Assembly (NCBI GenBank): GCA_021814695.1
Contig: JAKAHY010000002.1
Location: 8,920 to 72,919 of the forward strand
Source: a bacterium
Lineage (GTDB): Bacteria > Patescibacteriota > Minisyncoccia > UBA6257 > JAGOQP01
Direction: 5' to 3'
DNA: 64,000 nucleotides
Every line of letters begins with the position of its first letter. The stretch's first letter is position 1. The notes under the pieces were generated by a model. The model saw only the letters and a program-made list of their open reading frames with translations. It had not been told where the DNA came from and made no database searches. The position numbers and the translations under genes were made by a program. Positions 1 to 8,396 of the stretch are shown piece by piece.

Positions 1-705
1 AAAATAATAACTATTGAAGATCCAATTGAATACCATCTGGAAGGGATAGAACAAACTCAAGTTGACGAAGAGGCGGGATATACGTTTGCCGGAGGTTTGC
101 GTTCGCTGATGAGACAGGACCCGGACGTAATACTCGTTGGTGAAATCAGAGACAGAGAAACTGCCGAGATATCTGTCCAAGCGGCTCTTACGGGACACTT
201 GGTCCTTTCAACTATTCACGCCAATGAAGCTTCCGGAGCCATTCCTCGGCTTTTGGATTTGGGAGTGAAAAATGTCAGTCTTGCTCCTGCGTTAAATCTT
301 TTGATTGCCCAACGTTTGGTGAGGCGTTTGTGCAAATATTGTAAAACGGAATCCGAAATATCCGATGAATTAAGAAAAAATATCGAAACTTTTGTAAATG
401 CAATGCCCGATAGAGTCGATAAAAAACATTATCTGGAGAACATGAAGACGTACAAAGTGGTCGGGTGTGAAAAATGCAACATGACCGGATATAAAGGCAG
501 GGTTGGAATTTATGAATTATTGGAGATAAGCAAAAAAATGCAGGACATGATAGTCCAAGGTTCGGGTCAGCTGGCGATAGAAGAGGAGATAAAAAATACC
601 GATTTTGTAAACGTGCAGCAGGATGGGGTATTGAAATTTATTTCGGGAATAACCACTCTTGAAGAAGTTGAAGGGGTGGCGGGTAAAATAAACTGGAAGG
701 CATAA
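1..705 (+). CDS. pilB: Type IV pilus / type II secretion ATPase (GspE/PilB family), C-terminal fragment; the 5' end lies outside the window
   Basis: Frame 1 is open from base 1. Motifs seen: IEDPIEY, LVGEIRD, TGHLVLSTIHAN, and a C-terminal Cys tetrad (CKYC...CEKC) typical of the GspE zinc site. Confidence 0.85.
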   Translation, partial: KIITIEDPIEYHLEGIEQTQVDEEAGYTFAGGLRSLMRQDPDVILVGEIRDRETAEISVQAALTGHLVLSTIHANEASGAIPRLLDLGVKNVSLAPALNLLIAQRLVRRLCKYCKTESEISDELRKNIETFVNAMPDRVDKKHYLENMKTYKVVGCEKCNMTGYKGRVGIYELLEISKKMQDMIVQGSGQLAIEEEIKNTDFVNVQQDGVLKFISGITTLEEVEGVAGKINWKA

Positions 706-736
706 AAAAATCCCGACTTTCGTCGGGATTTTTTAT
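704..736. terminator. Bidirectional rho-independent terminator between the convergent pilB fragment and rplT
   Basis: Hairpin ATCCCGAC-tttcg-TCGGGAT flanked by an A-run and a T-run. Confidence 0.6.
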
Positions 737-1077
737 TTGACAGCCTTTACTATTTCGGAGAAAACTTTCGGATACTTATTGGCAATTTCGGCCAACACTT
801 TTCTGTCCAGAGCGATGTTGTTTTTCTTTAGGGCATCTATAAATTTACTGTAAGTTGTTCCTTCGGCTCTGACTGCGGCGTTAAGCTGGGTTTGCCATAA
901 TGCGCGGTAGTTCCTTTTGTTTTCTTTTCTTCCTTTGAACATCCGGCTTTGAGCGTGCAGCAAAGCCTCTTTTGCCGCGCGTTCTTTTGACTTGCGGCCC
1001 CATCGGTACCCCTTAACTTTTTTTAGCAGCTTCTCTCTCTTTTTATGGGCGAGAGCTCCTCTTTTGACTCTTGTCAT
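733..1077 (-). CDS. rplT: 50S ribosomal protein L20
   Basis: 114 aa; MTRVKRG...ALAHKKR...RNYRALWQ...LNAAVR is a classic bL20 sequence. Confidence 0.95.
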   Translation of the reverse strand: MTRVKRGALAHKKREKLLKKVKGYRWGRKSKERAAKEALLHAQSRMFKGRKENKRNYRALWQTQLNAAVRAEGTTYSKFIDALKKNNIALDRKVLAEIANKYPKVFSEIVKAVK

Positions 1078-1103
1078 AGCGTTTAGTAATTAGTAAATAA
1101 AAA

Positions 1104-1286
1104 TTATAAACTTCCGGGCTTTTTGAAAATTCTTTCCGAAATGGCGCGAGCTGCCGGATTCATTCCTTGCAATCTGTGAATCTGAGTTGAACTCTTTTTT
1201 GAGCGAAAATGGCACTGTGCCATAGTGCGTCTCATTACCTTTCCGTTTTTTGTTACCCTGAATCTGGTTGTAATTGATTTTTTCAT
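1104..1286 (-). CDS. rpmI: 50S ribosomal protein L35
   Basis: 60 aa, basic; sits between infC and rplT in the conserved infC-rpmI-rplT operon order. Confidence 0.85.
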   Translation of the reverse strand: MKKSITTRFRVTKNGKVMRRTMAQCHFRSKKSSTQIHRLQGMNPAARAISERIFKKPGSL

Positions 1287-1289
1287 ATT

Positions 1290-1778
1290 CTATTTTCCTT
1301 TCATTATTTGCATTATGAGGCCTCTTCCTCCCGGTCTTATTGTTGTTGTAACCTGATAATCTGCACTGATCATTTTTATAAAATCGTTGAATCTTTTTCT
1401 GGCCCAATCCTGATTGTATTTCTCCCTGCCCCTTAAGGCCATCATTATTTCAACTTTATTTCCTTTCTCAAGAAATTCTTCCGCCTGGAGTGCTCTGATT
1501 TTAAGATCGTTATCGGCAGCTCTTGGAGTTATTCTTACCTGTTTTAACTCTCCGGTTGGTTTGTGCGCACGCTTCTTCTCCTCTTTTCTTTGTTGATATC
1601 GGAATTTATCGTAGCTGATTATTTTTACTACCGGCGGTTTGATATTAGGTGCGATTTCAACCACATCCAGCCCTTTTTCTTCGGCTAGTGCAAGTGCCTC
1701 AGAGAGTTTCATAACGCCCAAATTAGCTCCTGCTTCGTCAACCACGCGCACTTCTGATGCCGTAATTCTTTGGTTGAT
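1290..1778 (-). CDS. infC: Translation initiation factor IF-3
   Basis: EVRVVDEAGANLGVM...LDVVEIAP...EIMMALRGRE matches IF-3. The track ORF begins at GTG 1751, but homology continues upstream (RINQRITASEVRVV), so a non-AUG start is likely (ATC at 1778 or 1796, or ATT at 1766). The 5' end is uncertain. Confidence 0.85.
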   Translation of the reverse strand: MNQRITASEVRVVDEAGANLGVMKLSEALALAEEKGLDVVEIAPNIKPPVVKIISYDKFRYQQRKEEKKRAHKPTGELKQVRITPRAADNDLKIRALQAEEFLEKGNKVEIMMALRGREKYNQDWARKRFNDFIKMISADYQVTTTIRPGGRGLIMQIMKGK

Positions 1779-1873
1779 TCTGACGTAGTTATCGATGGTG
1801 AGTGGCGTTACTGTTTTTAACGTCCATTAGATTAACACACAAATAAGCCGTTTGCAATACTTTTGCGGCTGAT

Positions 1874-1904
1874 AAAAAAAGCCCACCGGTGTTCTGGTGG
1901 GGCG
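1874..1904 (-). terminator. Rho-independent terminator of the small GC-rich ORF
   Basis: On the minus strand, CCCACCAG-aacac-CGGTGGG followed by TTTTTTT. Confidence 0.55.
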
Positions 1905-1930
1905 CCTCGTTGGAGGCGGTTGGGAAGCGC

Positions 1931-2152
1931 TTAGCCGCGCTTCGCTTTGGAGGATGCCGAGACCTTGTGAGTCCCGGCGACGGCCACGCCGCGGTTGGCG
2001 GTGGCCAGGTCGGCCTGAGTCCTCCGCTTGGCCGCCCGGTTCGCGTGCTTGACGCTGTGACGGTCCTTGGGCGCGGTCTTGCCGCAGCGCCCGTTGGGGT
2101 GGCGGTTGCCGCCACCCGAAACCCGACAGTGACACAGTTCGCACACGGCCAT
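1931..2152 (-). CDS. Small (73 aa) highly basic Cys/His-containing protein encoded with strongly GC-rich codons; weak N-terminal resemblance to ribosomal protein bL28 (MxVCxxC...GGNRH), otherwise unknown
   Basis: ATG with strong SD GGGAGGTG 4 nt upstream, its own sigma70-like promoter and a terminator. About 68% GC with GC3-rich codons (AAG, AAC, GAC, CAC) in a roughly 40% GC genome. Confidence 0.55.
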   Translation of the reverse strand: MAVCELCHCRVSGGGNRHPNGRCGKTAPKDRHSVKHANRAAKRRTQADLATANRGVAVAGTHKVSASSKAKRG

Positions 2153-2190
2153 ATTACACCTCCCTTGTCGTTTGATTTACCGCTTTTTAT

Positions 2191-2219
2191 AACATAGCAT
2201 AACTAACTACATTTGTCAA
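2191..2219 (-). promoter_or_regulatory. Sigma70-like promoter for the GC-rich small ORF
   Basis: Minus strand: TTGACA, 17 nt spacer, TATGTT, then GGGAGGTG and ATG. Confidence 0.5.
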
Positions 2220-2231
2220 TATTTATGGGAA

Positions 2232-2266
2232 AACAAAATCACCCGCAAGGGGTGATCTTATTTTTG
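2232..2266. terminator. Bidirectional terminator (downstream of the GIY-YIG gene)
   Basis: ATCACCC-gcaa-GGGTGAT with T-runs on both sides. Confidence 0.55.
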
Positions 2267-2290
2267 TGGAGATGGGAGAGTTGGCTCCGA

Positions 2291-2530
2291 CTAAACTAAA
2301 TGCTTGTTTCTAAAAGCTATTCCCGAACCACTTTTCAGATATTTTTCAAAGTTGATCGCCTGTTCCTTGTTATGAAAAGTGCAGTGCCAAGCAATAATAA
2401 ATGGCGCTCTACTTGAGCTATATTTGGAACCATAACTATTATGTTCCAATAGTCTTTTCTTAATATCAATTGTGATGCCCGTATAGAAACTCCCATCTTT
2501 TAAACTGCGAAGAATATAGACAAAATACAT
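2291..2530 (-). CDS. GIY-YIG nuclease-domain protein (small stand-alone UPF0213/YhbQ-like)
   Basis: 79 aa; the YFVYILRSLKDGSFYTGITIDIKKRLLEHN motif matches the GIY-YIG core. Confidence 0.85.
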   Translation of the reverse strand: MYFVYILRSLKDGSFYTGITIDIKKRLLEHNSYGSKYSSSRAPFIIAWHCTFHNKEQAINFEKYLKSGSGIAFRNKHLV

Positions 2531-2597
2531 ATTATCTATAATTATATGGCCCTCCTTCGCATAAAGCTACGGAGGACTCACTACTCGCACCATAAAA

Positions 2598-2626
2598 CTC
2601 CCCAGATGGGGAGTTTTATTGCAATG
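2598..2626 (-). terminator. Terminator downstream of tmRNA
   Basis: AAAACTCCCCA-tc-TGGGGAGTTTT, perfect 11 bp stem followed by TAT. Confidence 0.5.
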
Positions 2627-2672
2627 CTTCTTGTGCAAGGAGTGCTTGCACTACGAAGCCTTGGCGAAGTAG

Positions 2673-2988
2673 TGGAGATGGCGAGAGTTGAACTCGCGTC
2701 CAGAAAGAGGGATTGAAAGCGTCTACGGGCGTATCTTCTTTTGGAAGCTGATTTGCTTTCTGATTGTCCCTACGGATACGAAAGCGCTTTCCGTGGGTAA
2801 GCCTCAAATATAACACCGGCGATTTCCCCATGAGACATCGGGAGCCGATGGCTTACGCACGAACTAAAAAGTTCTTAAGCGTATGCAAGTGCTACATTTC
2901 TGTTAGCAGATTTGTTTTGGCGGATTTACAAGTCGCCGCTTGACCCGCAACTTTCAAAGAACTCTATCTGTCAAAGCCCAGCATCCCC
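2673..2988 (-). ncRNA. ssrA: tmRNA (SsrA)
   Basis: Minus strand: 5' GGGGATGCTGGGCTTTGACAG... and 3' ...GGACGCGAGTTCAACTCTCGCCATCTCCA (T-arm plus acceptor, CCA not encoded). Immediately downstream of smpB. Putative tag ORF GCT AAC AGA AAT GTA GCA CTT GCA TAC GCT TAA, giving ANRNVALAYA. Confidence 0.85.
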
Positions 2989-3426
2989 TTAGGCAATATG
3001 TTTTCTTACTTGGCGCTCGGTTTCCCTTTTTTTAATCGTTTCTCTCTTATCCGTTTTCTTCTTGTGAACGCCCAGTCCTATTTCAAGCTTTATTTTACCG
3101 CGCTTGTTATACAGCTTAAGGGGCACCAGAGTCAAGTTTTTGGATGATGCTTGACCGACAAGAGCGATAATTTCCGACTTTTTTGCCAAAAGTCGGCGCG
3201 ATCGGCGAGGATCGAAATCTTTGGGTGTATTTTTCTCCTGGTAGGGGCCAATTGTTGCGCCAACCAGCCAAAGCTGTCCTCCATAAATTTTAACCAACGA
3301 CCCGACAACACTGGCTTTACCGGAGCGGATAGCTTTAGCCTCATGGCCCAAAAGTTCAATTCCGGCATTTAAAGTGTCGGAAATTTCGTAATCAAAATAG
3401 GCTTTTTTGTTTTGGATTGATTCCAT
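2989..3426 (-). CDS. smpB: SsrA-binding protein SmpB
   Basis: 145 aa; KAYFDYEI...GIELLGHEAKAIR...VPLKLY is a typical SmpB sequence. Confidence 0.95.
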   Translation of the reverse strand: MESIQNKKAYFDYEISDTLNAGIELLGHEAKAIRSGKASVVGSLVKIYGGQLWLVGATIGPYQEKNTPKDFDPRRSRRLLAKKSEIIALVGQASSKNLTLVPLKLYNKRGKIKLEIGLGVHKKKTDKRETIKKRETERQVRKHIA

Positions 3427-3470
3427 CTGTTTATTTATGATAGTGCCTTGTGGGATTTTTTTGCAAGCGA

Positions 3471-3481
3471 TGTGATATAAT
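3471..3481 (+). promoter_or_regulatory. Extended -10 promoter TGTGATATAAT. The same element precedes the genes at 5697, 8397 and 52626, all with short SD-less leaders
   Basis: Identical 11-mer at 3471, 5688, 8367 and 52583; variants at 10652 (ileS) and 18999 (ppsA). Confidence 0.5.
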
Positions 3482-3498
3482 GAAACAAATAAAAAACT

Positions 3499-5643
3499 AT
3501 GAAAAAATCTTCATTAATCGTGGTCATTTTGCTTGTTGTGGCAAGCGTAGGAATGACCGTCATCTTTTCAAATCAAGTGTCGATAAAGGGATTTCTATCG
3601 AGCGTTTATTCTACTGCATCAGGCAGAAATCATATACAGCTGGCAAACGCTCAGTCCTTGGGACAGGGGGTTGTAGTTTTTAAAGCGCAATTTGGCCATT
3701 TGGAAGCAACCGGCCAAGTTGTCTCCGGTATTTCCGGACTAGCGGGGCTGCCGGTGACAAAATTTGTTCCCGACAGAGACCTTTCGGATTCTGAAAAAAA
3801 GCAGGTTGAAGTAAACATCACCGAAGAGAACACCGTTTTCGGATTTATTGTGGCAAAAAACGTTTCATTAGGGCAGGGAATCGGTTTTAACATTCCCCAA
3901 GGAGAAGTTTATAACTACGGTTTTTATGTGAATTCCGACATCCTTCCTCAAGGATGGACATATAACTCTTCTTGCGTAGAGACGGGAGGAAATATTAAAT
4001 TATCTGCCGGCCAACAAAGCGAATGCACGATAGGTTTTTATCTGAAACCAACGCCTGCGCCGGTTACTCCTCCCGCTTCGACGTCCACTCCCGTCTCACC
4101 TCAGGAAGGAGCGTCAGGTACCGTTATTAGTGAAGATTCCGGTTCTGGATCGCTGCAGTTTGTAAAAAATATTTTGGACTTAAGTACGGGGTGGAAAAAC
4201 CCCGGATCGGATAAAATATTGGACGCAAAAATCGTTGAATTATACGGAAAGAAATTTCTTATTGTTTCGACTCAAAACAAACATTTGCTTGTTTACGATG
4301 CTTCAAACCAGTTTTCGCCGGTTCTTTTGAAAGATAATGATTTATCAGGCAGTAACGTGTCGGCGTTTTATCTTGTGGTTTTAGATAATTTCAATTACGT
4401 ATTTGCCTGGGGAGGAAACTCTGCCAACTACGGATCTTTTAAGATTGAACAAGACGGATCTGCGTCTCTGGTAAAAAGTTACAAACCTGACCAATATAGC
4501 GTTACTCAACCGAATTTGGTTTTCGGGTTGTTTAGAGGGTTAGACGGTAAAGCGTATGGATTTGGAGGGAACGGGGGCGATGGATGGCTAACTATTTATG
4601 ACGTGTCCGATCCGGCAAACATCAGCGAAATTGGATCATATCAAGATGGCTTAGTCGGGAATCACTGCGGCAATTATGGTCTGATTGGATTGGACAGGCC
4701 GCTTCAATGGAATACTTCTCAACAAGGGAACAAGCTTTATCTGGTAACTCATGCGGACCAGTGCGTCCAGCGGCTGCATACTTCCGGAGACGCCAGAATT
4801 TATATTTTTGACGTTTCTGATCCAAAAAATCCGCAGCTTTCCCATCAATATGAGCTTTCCGGTTCTTTTAACCACATACCTTCGGACGCGACTAAGGCCG
4901 AACAGACATTTCTTTTTGGCGGGATCGCCGACATTGCCGTTGATTCAAATTCGGGTAAGGTTTTTGATTTTTACAGGACGGTTTTTGATTGGCAGGGGCC
5001 ATCCTGGTCTCAGATAGCAAACATAGTGCATGGTACTTTGTTTAGATACAGAACCGGACTGGTCACTCTTTCACTGCAATCGGACGGTTCTCTAAAAGAA
5101 TTGTCGCGGGCTTTATTGTGCGAACAAAAGGGCCCAATGTATGATGGTGGCGGTCCGCAATATTATCGATGCGGCGACGTGGATGGAAACGACAAAAATA
5201 CCCAAGGCGGATATGATTATTCGGCAAGAAATTCTCAACAAAATTACAACGGAGTTTTTCTCCTCAGTGGGCCGGGAAATAGCGGTCAGGTGGGCTTACT
5301 AAGGAGTGATAATAGTTTTGTTGTCATTCCCGATACCGCCGGAGAGATGACTAAATTTAAGACGGCTATTAAAGATTCATCTTATTATTCGAATATCTAT
5401 AATCCCGCTATCAATGGTGTTGTGACCCAGGTTGACAGTAAAACATTTGCCATCTATCAATTTGATAGTTATTCGTTAAGCGTCGTTAAGGTTTTGTTGT
5501 CGCAATCTCTTGTGGGGGGATCGAAAAATCCCTCTCCTCCAGTGACCGGAGTTGCGCCTTCGGCAAACGTACCACTAACATCACCCGCATTTTCATTTAA
5601 TGCGCTCCTGAACATCTTCAGAAGGATACTTAACAACTACTAA
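3499..5643 (+). CDS. Secreted/surface LVIVD-repeat (beta-propeller) protein, paralog 1
   Basis: N-terminal signal/TM segment; repeated (Y/I)xDVSDPxNP LVIVD-like motifs; Pro/Ser/Thr linker; conserved C-terminal tail AFSFNALLNIFRRILNNY. Confidence 0.7.
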   Translation: MKKSSLIVVILLVVASVGMTVIFSNQVSIKGFLSSVYSTASGRNHIQLANAQSLGQGVVVFKAQFGHLEATGQVVSGISGLAGLPVTKFVPDRDLSDSEKKQVEVNITEENTVFGFIVAKNVSLGQGIGFNIPQGEVYNYGFYVNSDILPQGWTYNSSCVETGGNIKLSAGQQSECTIGFYLKPTPAPVTPPASTSTPVSPQEGASGTVISEDSGSGSLQFVKNILDLSTGWKNPGSDKILDAKIVELYGKKFLIVSTQNKHLLVYDASNQFSPVLLKDNDLSGSNVSAFYLVVLDNFNYVFAWGGNSANYGSFKIEQDGSASLVKSYKPDQYSVTQPNLVFGLFRGLDGKAYGFGGNGGDGWLTIYDVSDPANISEIGSYQDGLVGNHCGNYGLIGLDRPLQWNTSQQGNKLYLVTHADQCVQRLHTSGDARIYIFDVSDPKNPQLSHQYELSGSFNHIPSDATKAEQTFLFGGIADIAVDSNSGKVFDFYRTVFDWQGPSWSQIANIVHGTLFRYRTGLVTLSLQSDGSLKELSRALLCEQKGPMYDGGGPQYYRCGDVDGNDKNTQGGYDYSARNSQQNYNGVFLLSGPGNSGQVGLLRSDNSFVVIPDTAGEMTKFKTAIKDSSYYSNIYNPAINGVVTQVDSKTFAIYQFDSYSLSVVKVLLSQSLVGGSKNPSPPVTGVAPSANVPLTSPAFSFNALLNIFRRILNNY

Positions 5644-5656
5644 AAATTTAAAATAA

Positions 5657-5686
5657 AGCCCCCTGTAAATACAGGGGGCTTTTTGA
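5657..5686 (+). terminator. Rho-independent terminator
   Basis: AGCCCCCTG-taaata-CAGGGGGCT followed by TTTTT. Confidence 0.6.
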
Positions 5687-5696
5687 ATGTGATATA

Positions 5697-8321
5697 ATGA
5701 AACAAATGAAAAAAACATTACTCATCGGGTTTATTGTGGTCGGCATTGTAAGCTTTTCGGCATTTACCGCGCATGCTCAGTCGGTCAATTATCTTAGTAA
5801 ATTTTTTGCAGATGTCTACGGAGCGTTTTTTGGGAATTCCCAAACGCAAAAAGTTGACGCCCAAACAGTGGGTAATGGAACACTTACTATTCATGCTCAG
5901 ATATGTCAGACGCTCGGGAATTTCGAAAATCCAAGCAGTGCGACCTGTTCTGGTACTCCTCGCGACCCCAATTCTACGGAGTCTCCGTTATTTGTTTATG
6001 ATGTCCAGCGCATAGTTGGGAATGGAGCGAGCGCTCAAGTTACCACAGTTCTTTCAGGTATCGGTCCCGGACAAAGTTATTCGTTACCGGCGAATACTCC
6101 AAACGCTAGTAATAATAACAGAGATGAGTACGTGATTGTGTTTAAGGGGGCACCGACAAATTATTTGTACGTGAGACAAGGAGGAAATTTTGATTTGCCC
6201 TATAAATTTTCAATTTCTTCCGGACAAAATACTCAAGTAAATATTCCTTATGTTATTTATACGGCGATTGAATCAACGGGTCCTGTTGGCACTACTGTTA
6301 CCGCCGATATTGTTGATGGCAATGGAAATTTTGTCAGAGCGCTGACGGCTTCAGAAATTCAATCGGTATCCTTTGACATCCAGCATTCGGTTCCGGCCAC
6401 CGGAGGATATGTCGGATCGCATGCGAACAATTTTGATACTCAAGTTTCTTCGGGAAAATTAAATACTTCATATCAGCTTGCGACCTATGTCCATTCCGGT
6501 TCAATTTTGACAAATATTAAGCCACCATCCGGTTACGTAGTCAGATCAATTAAGCCGGGAACATATTTTGATCCTACTGATGACGTTACTATTCATTTTA
6601 CCAAGTCTCCTGTTTCGTCTCAGGTTCAAAAAGTTGATCAAATGCTCTATGTTCCTAATGGAATTAGCTATGTAAAAAAAATAGCTCAAACATATTCGGA
6701 CAATGAATACAAATATTCGAATCTTGACGTTGATTTATTTGCTTATTATGGAAACAATAATCGTCCTTTTCCCTTGAACTGGACAGTTGCCAAATATTCG
6801 GGAGTTCCTTATTTGTTTATGAATGGAGCAGGAAAGATAGTTATTTATAATATTTCCGATCCTAAAAATCCCAAACAAGTTAGTGAATATGTTCTTTCCG
6901 GTTTGGAAAAATTTAATCAATACAAAGATCGTCAGGGAAATACTTATGGACAGTGTTCTCCTAACCAAGAAGGTACTCATGATTTTATAACTGGAGCCGG
7001 TAAAGTTTTTGCTCTTGATGATTCCCCTTATCTTTTGATTGACATTCAGAGACCGGGTGGGCCAGGCCCTGGAGGGACGGCAGTTTTGTCCTTAGATCCT
7101 TCAACTATGGCCATAACCGCCTATCCTCAATGGACCGAGTGTAACAGTGGTCAAGATACTCCCGGAACCGCTTTCGGAATGTATAAAGGAAGTGACGGAA
7201 ATACTTATTTTATTTCCCAATTCCCGAATAATGCATATGATACGGGTGGAGTAGATACCGGGAATATTGGTATTTACACAATCAATTCTGCTGGTATTGC
7301 CAATAAAGTTGTCGTTCTCAGCGGAATGTCCGGGATTGCTCCGAGTTTGGATTATTCTAATGGAACAATCTCTGTTGTTTCCGTTGGAAGTAAAAAATAT
7401 CTTATTGGTAATGGAAAATCATCTATCGCAAACATAAATTCGACCAGTGCACCAATTTATATTTACGATATTTCCAATCCAAAAAATATAATCAAAATCA
7501 ATCAACAGATCACGGTGTCTACGTCTGGGTCCGGCAGATTAAAAATTGACGAACAAGCCAATCGTATGTATGTTCAGTCATCCATTCCAAATCCTGCCGC
7601 AACATCAACTTCGTACACCATCCCCAAAACATTACCTATTTGGCAGGTATATGACTTGAGTGTTTTGCCCAGTACTCCAAAATTAATTGCTACTTATAAC
7701 AAACCAACCGACCTACTTAATTCAAGTCAAGTGAATGCTGATTTTTCTCAAATTACCAAGAGATTAAATATTGCATCGTCAGGTAATCTTGTGGATATAA
7801 ATAATTCTTCTTTCACTTACGGCGCCTACGGATATTCTTCTTCACTCCAGTTGATAAATGTTTCAAATAATTTAGCTTATATATCACTGTATACAAACGG
7901 AAAAAACCCTTGGGATACGATTGCCAATCAAGCCGGAGTAACGGACGGAAGCGAATACGGGACCAATGCTATTCAATTTATAGTTGACGTGTCCAATGCG
8001 TCCAGTCCCAAAATACTTGGAATGATATTCGGGCATACGGAATATTCTGCTTACGGACTTTCCGCCGGCGGATGGTTTGATGTTCCTCTTTACGGAAGTA
8101 TCTATAACTATAACGGATATATTTACCGAGCCAATTTCCGCATCGCTGATGTATGGAAATTGGGGAATCCTCCGGCCCAAAGTACGGGAGGTGCTGGAAG
8201 TGGGGCTGGTGCGAGCGGCACTGGAACTACCGAAGGAGGATCTGCGCCATCATCAGTTCAATCTCCATTTTCTTTCAGTTCTCTTTTGAAGATATTCCAG
8301 AGAGTGTTTAATAATCAATAA
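5697..8321 (+). CDS. Secreted LVIVD-repeat protein, paralog 2 (874 aa)
   Basis: Signal peptide; IYNISDPKNPK and IYDISNPKNI repeats; Gly/Ser/Thr linker; tail PFSFSSLLKIFQRVFNNQ. The likely start may be the second ATG at 5706, which would make the mRNA leaderless. Confidence 0.65.
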   Translation: MKQMKKTLLIGFIVVGIVSFSAFTAHAQSVNYLSKFFADVYGAFFGNSQTQKVDAQTVGNGTLTIHAQICQTLGNFENPSSATCSGTPRDPNSTESPLFVYDVQRIVGNGASAQVTTVLSGIGPGQSYSLPANTPNASNNNRDEYVIVFKGAPTNYLYVRQGGNFDLPYKFSISSGQNTQVNIPYVIYTAIESTGPVGTTVTADIVDGNGNFVRALTASEIQSVSFDIQHSVPATGGYVGSHANNFDTQVSSGKLNTSYQLATYVHSGSILTNIKPPSGYVVRSIKPGTYFDPTDDVTIHFTKSPVSSQVQKVDQMLYVPNGISYVKKIAQTYSDNEYKYSNLDVDLFAYYGNNNRPFPLNWTVAKYSGVPYLFMNGAGKIVIYNISDPKNPKQVSEYVLSGLEKFNQYKDRQGNTYGQCSPNQEGTHDFITGAGKVFALDDSPYLLIDIQRPGGPGPGGTAVLSLDPSTMAITAYPQWTECNSGQDTPGTAFGMYKGSDGNTYFISQFPNNAYDTGGVDTGNIGIYTINSAGIANKVVVLSGMSGIAPSLDYSNGTISVVSVGSKKYLIGNGKSSIANINSTSAPIYIYDISNPKNIIKINQQITVSTSGSGRLKIDEQANRMYVQSSIPNPAATSTSYTIPKTLPIWQVYDLSVLPSTPKLIATYNKPTDLLNSSQVNADFSQITKRLNIASSGNLVDINNSSFTYGAYGYSSSLQLINVSNNLAYISLYTNGKNPWDTIANQAGVTDGSEYGTNAIQFIVDVSNASSPKILGMIFGHTEYSAYGLSAGGWFDVPLYGSIYNYNGYIYRANFRIADVWKLGNPPAQSTGGAGSGAGASGTGTTEGGSAPSSVQSPFSFSSLLKIFQRVFNNQ

Positions 8322-8330
8322 TAATTTGAA

Positions 8331-8360
8331 ACAATCCCCCTAGCTGGGGGATTTTTTTGC
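8331..8360 (+). terminator. Rho-independent terminator
   Basis: ATCCCCCTAG-CTGGGGGAT followed by TTTTTTT. Confidence 0.6.
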
Positions 8361-8396
8361 AAGCAATGTGATATAATAAAACAAATAAAAATAACC

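Noticed and set aside
1862-2160. GC-rich patches (also 28898-29116 and 49570-50097) as contamination or a chimeric contig
   Set aside because: Each GC-rich segment coincides exactly with one ORF and is joined to AT-rich native promoter, SD and terminator sequences. That argues for real acquired genes. It cannot be proven without reads, so it is kept as a finding
1789-2197. Several overlapping ORFs on both strands in the GC-rich patch (108, 105 and 102 aa)
   Set aside because: These are artefacts of high GC. Only the 73 aa minus-strand frame has a start codon with SD, promoter and terminator
2616-2831. 71 aa ORF on the minus strand
   Set aside because: It lies entirely inside the tmRNA gene, so the region is RNA-coding
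2291-2990. GIY-YIG gene next to structured RNA, which looked like a possible group I intron with a homing endonuclease
   Set aside because: The structured RNA is a complete tmRNA adjacent to smpB. The GIY-YIG protein is a small YhbQ-like stand-alone domain and is not embedded in a host gene
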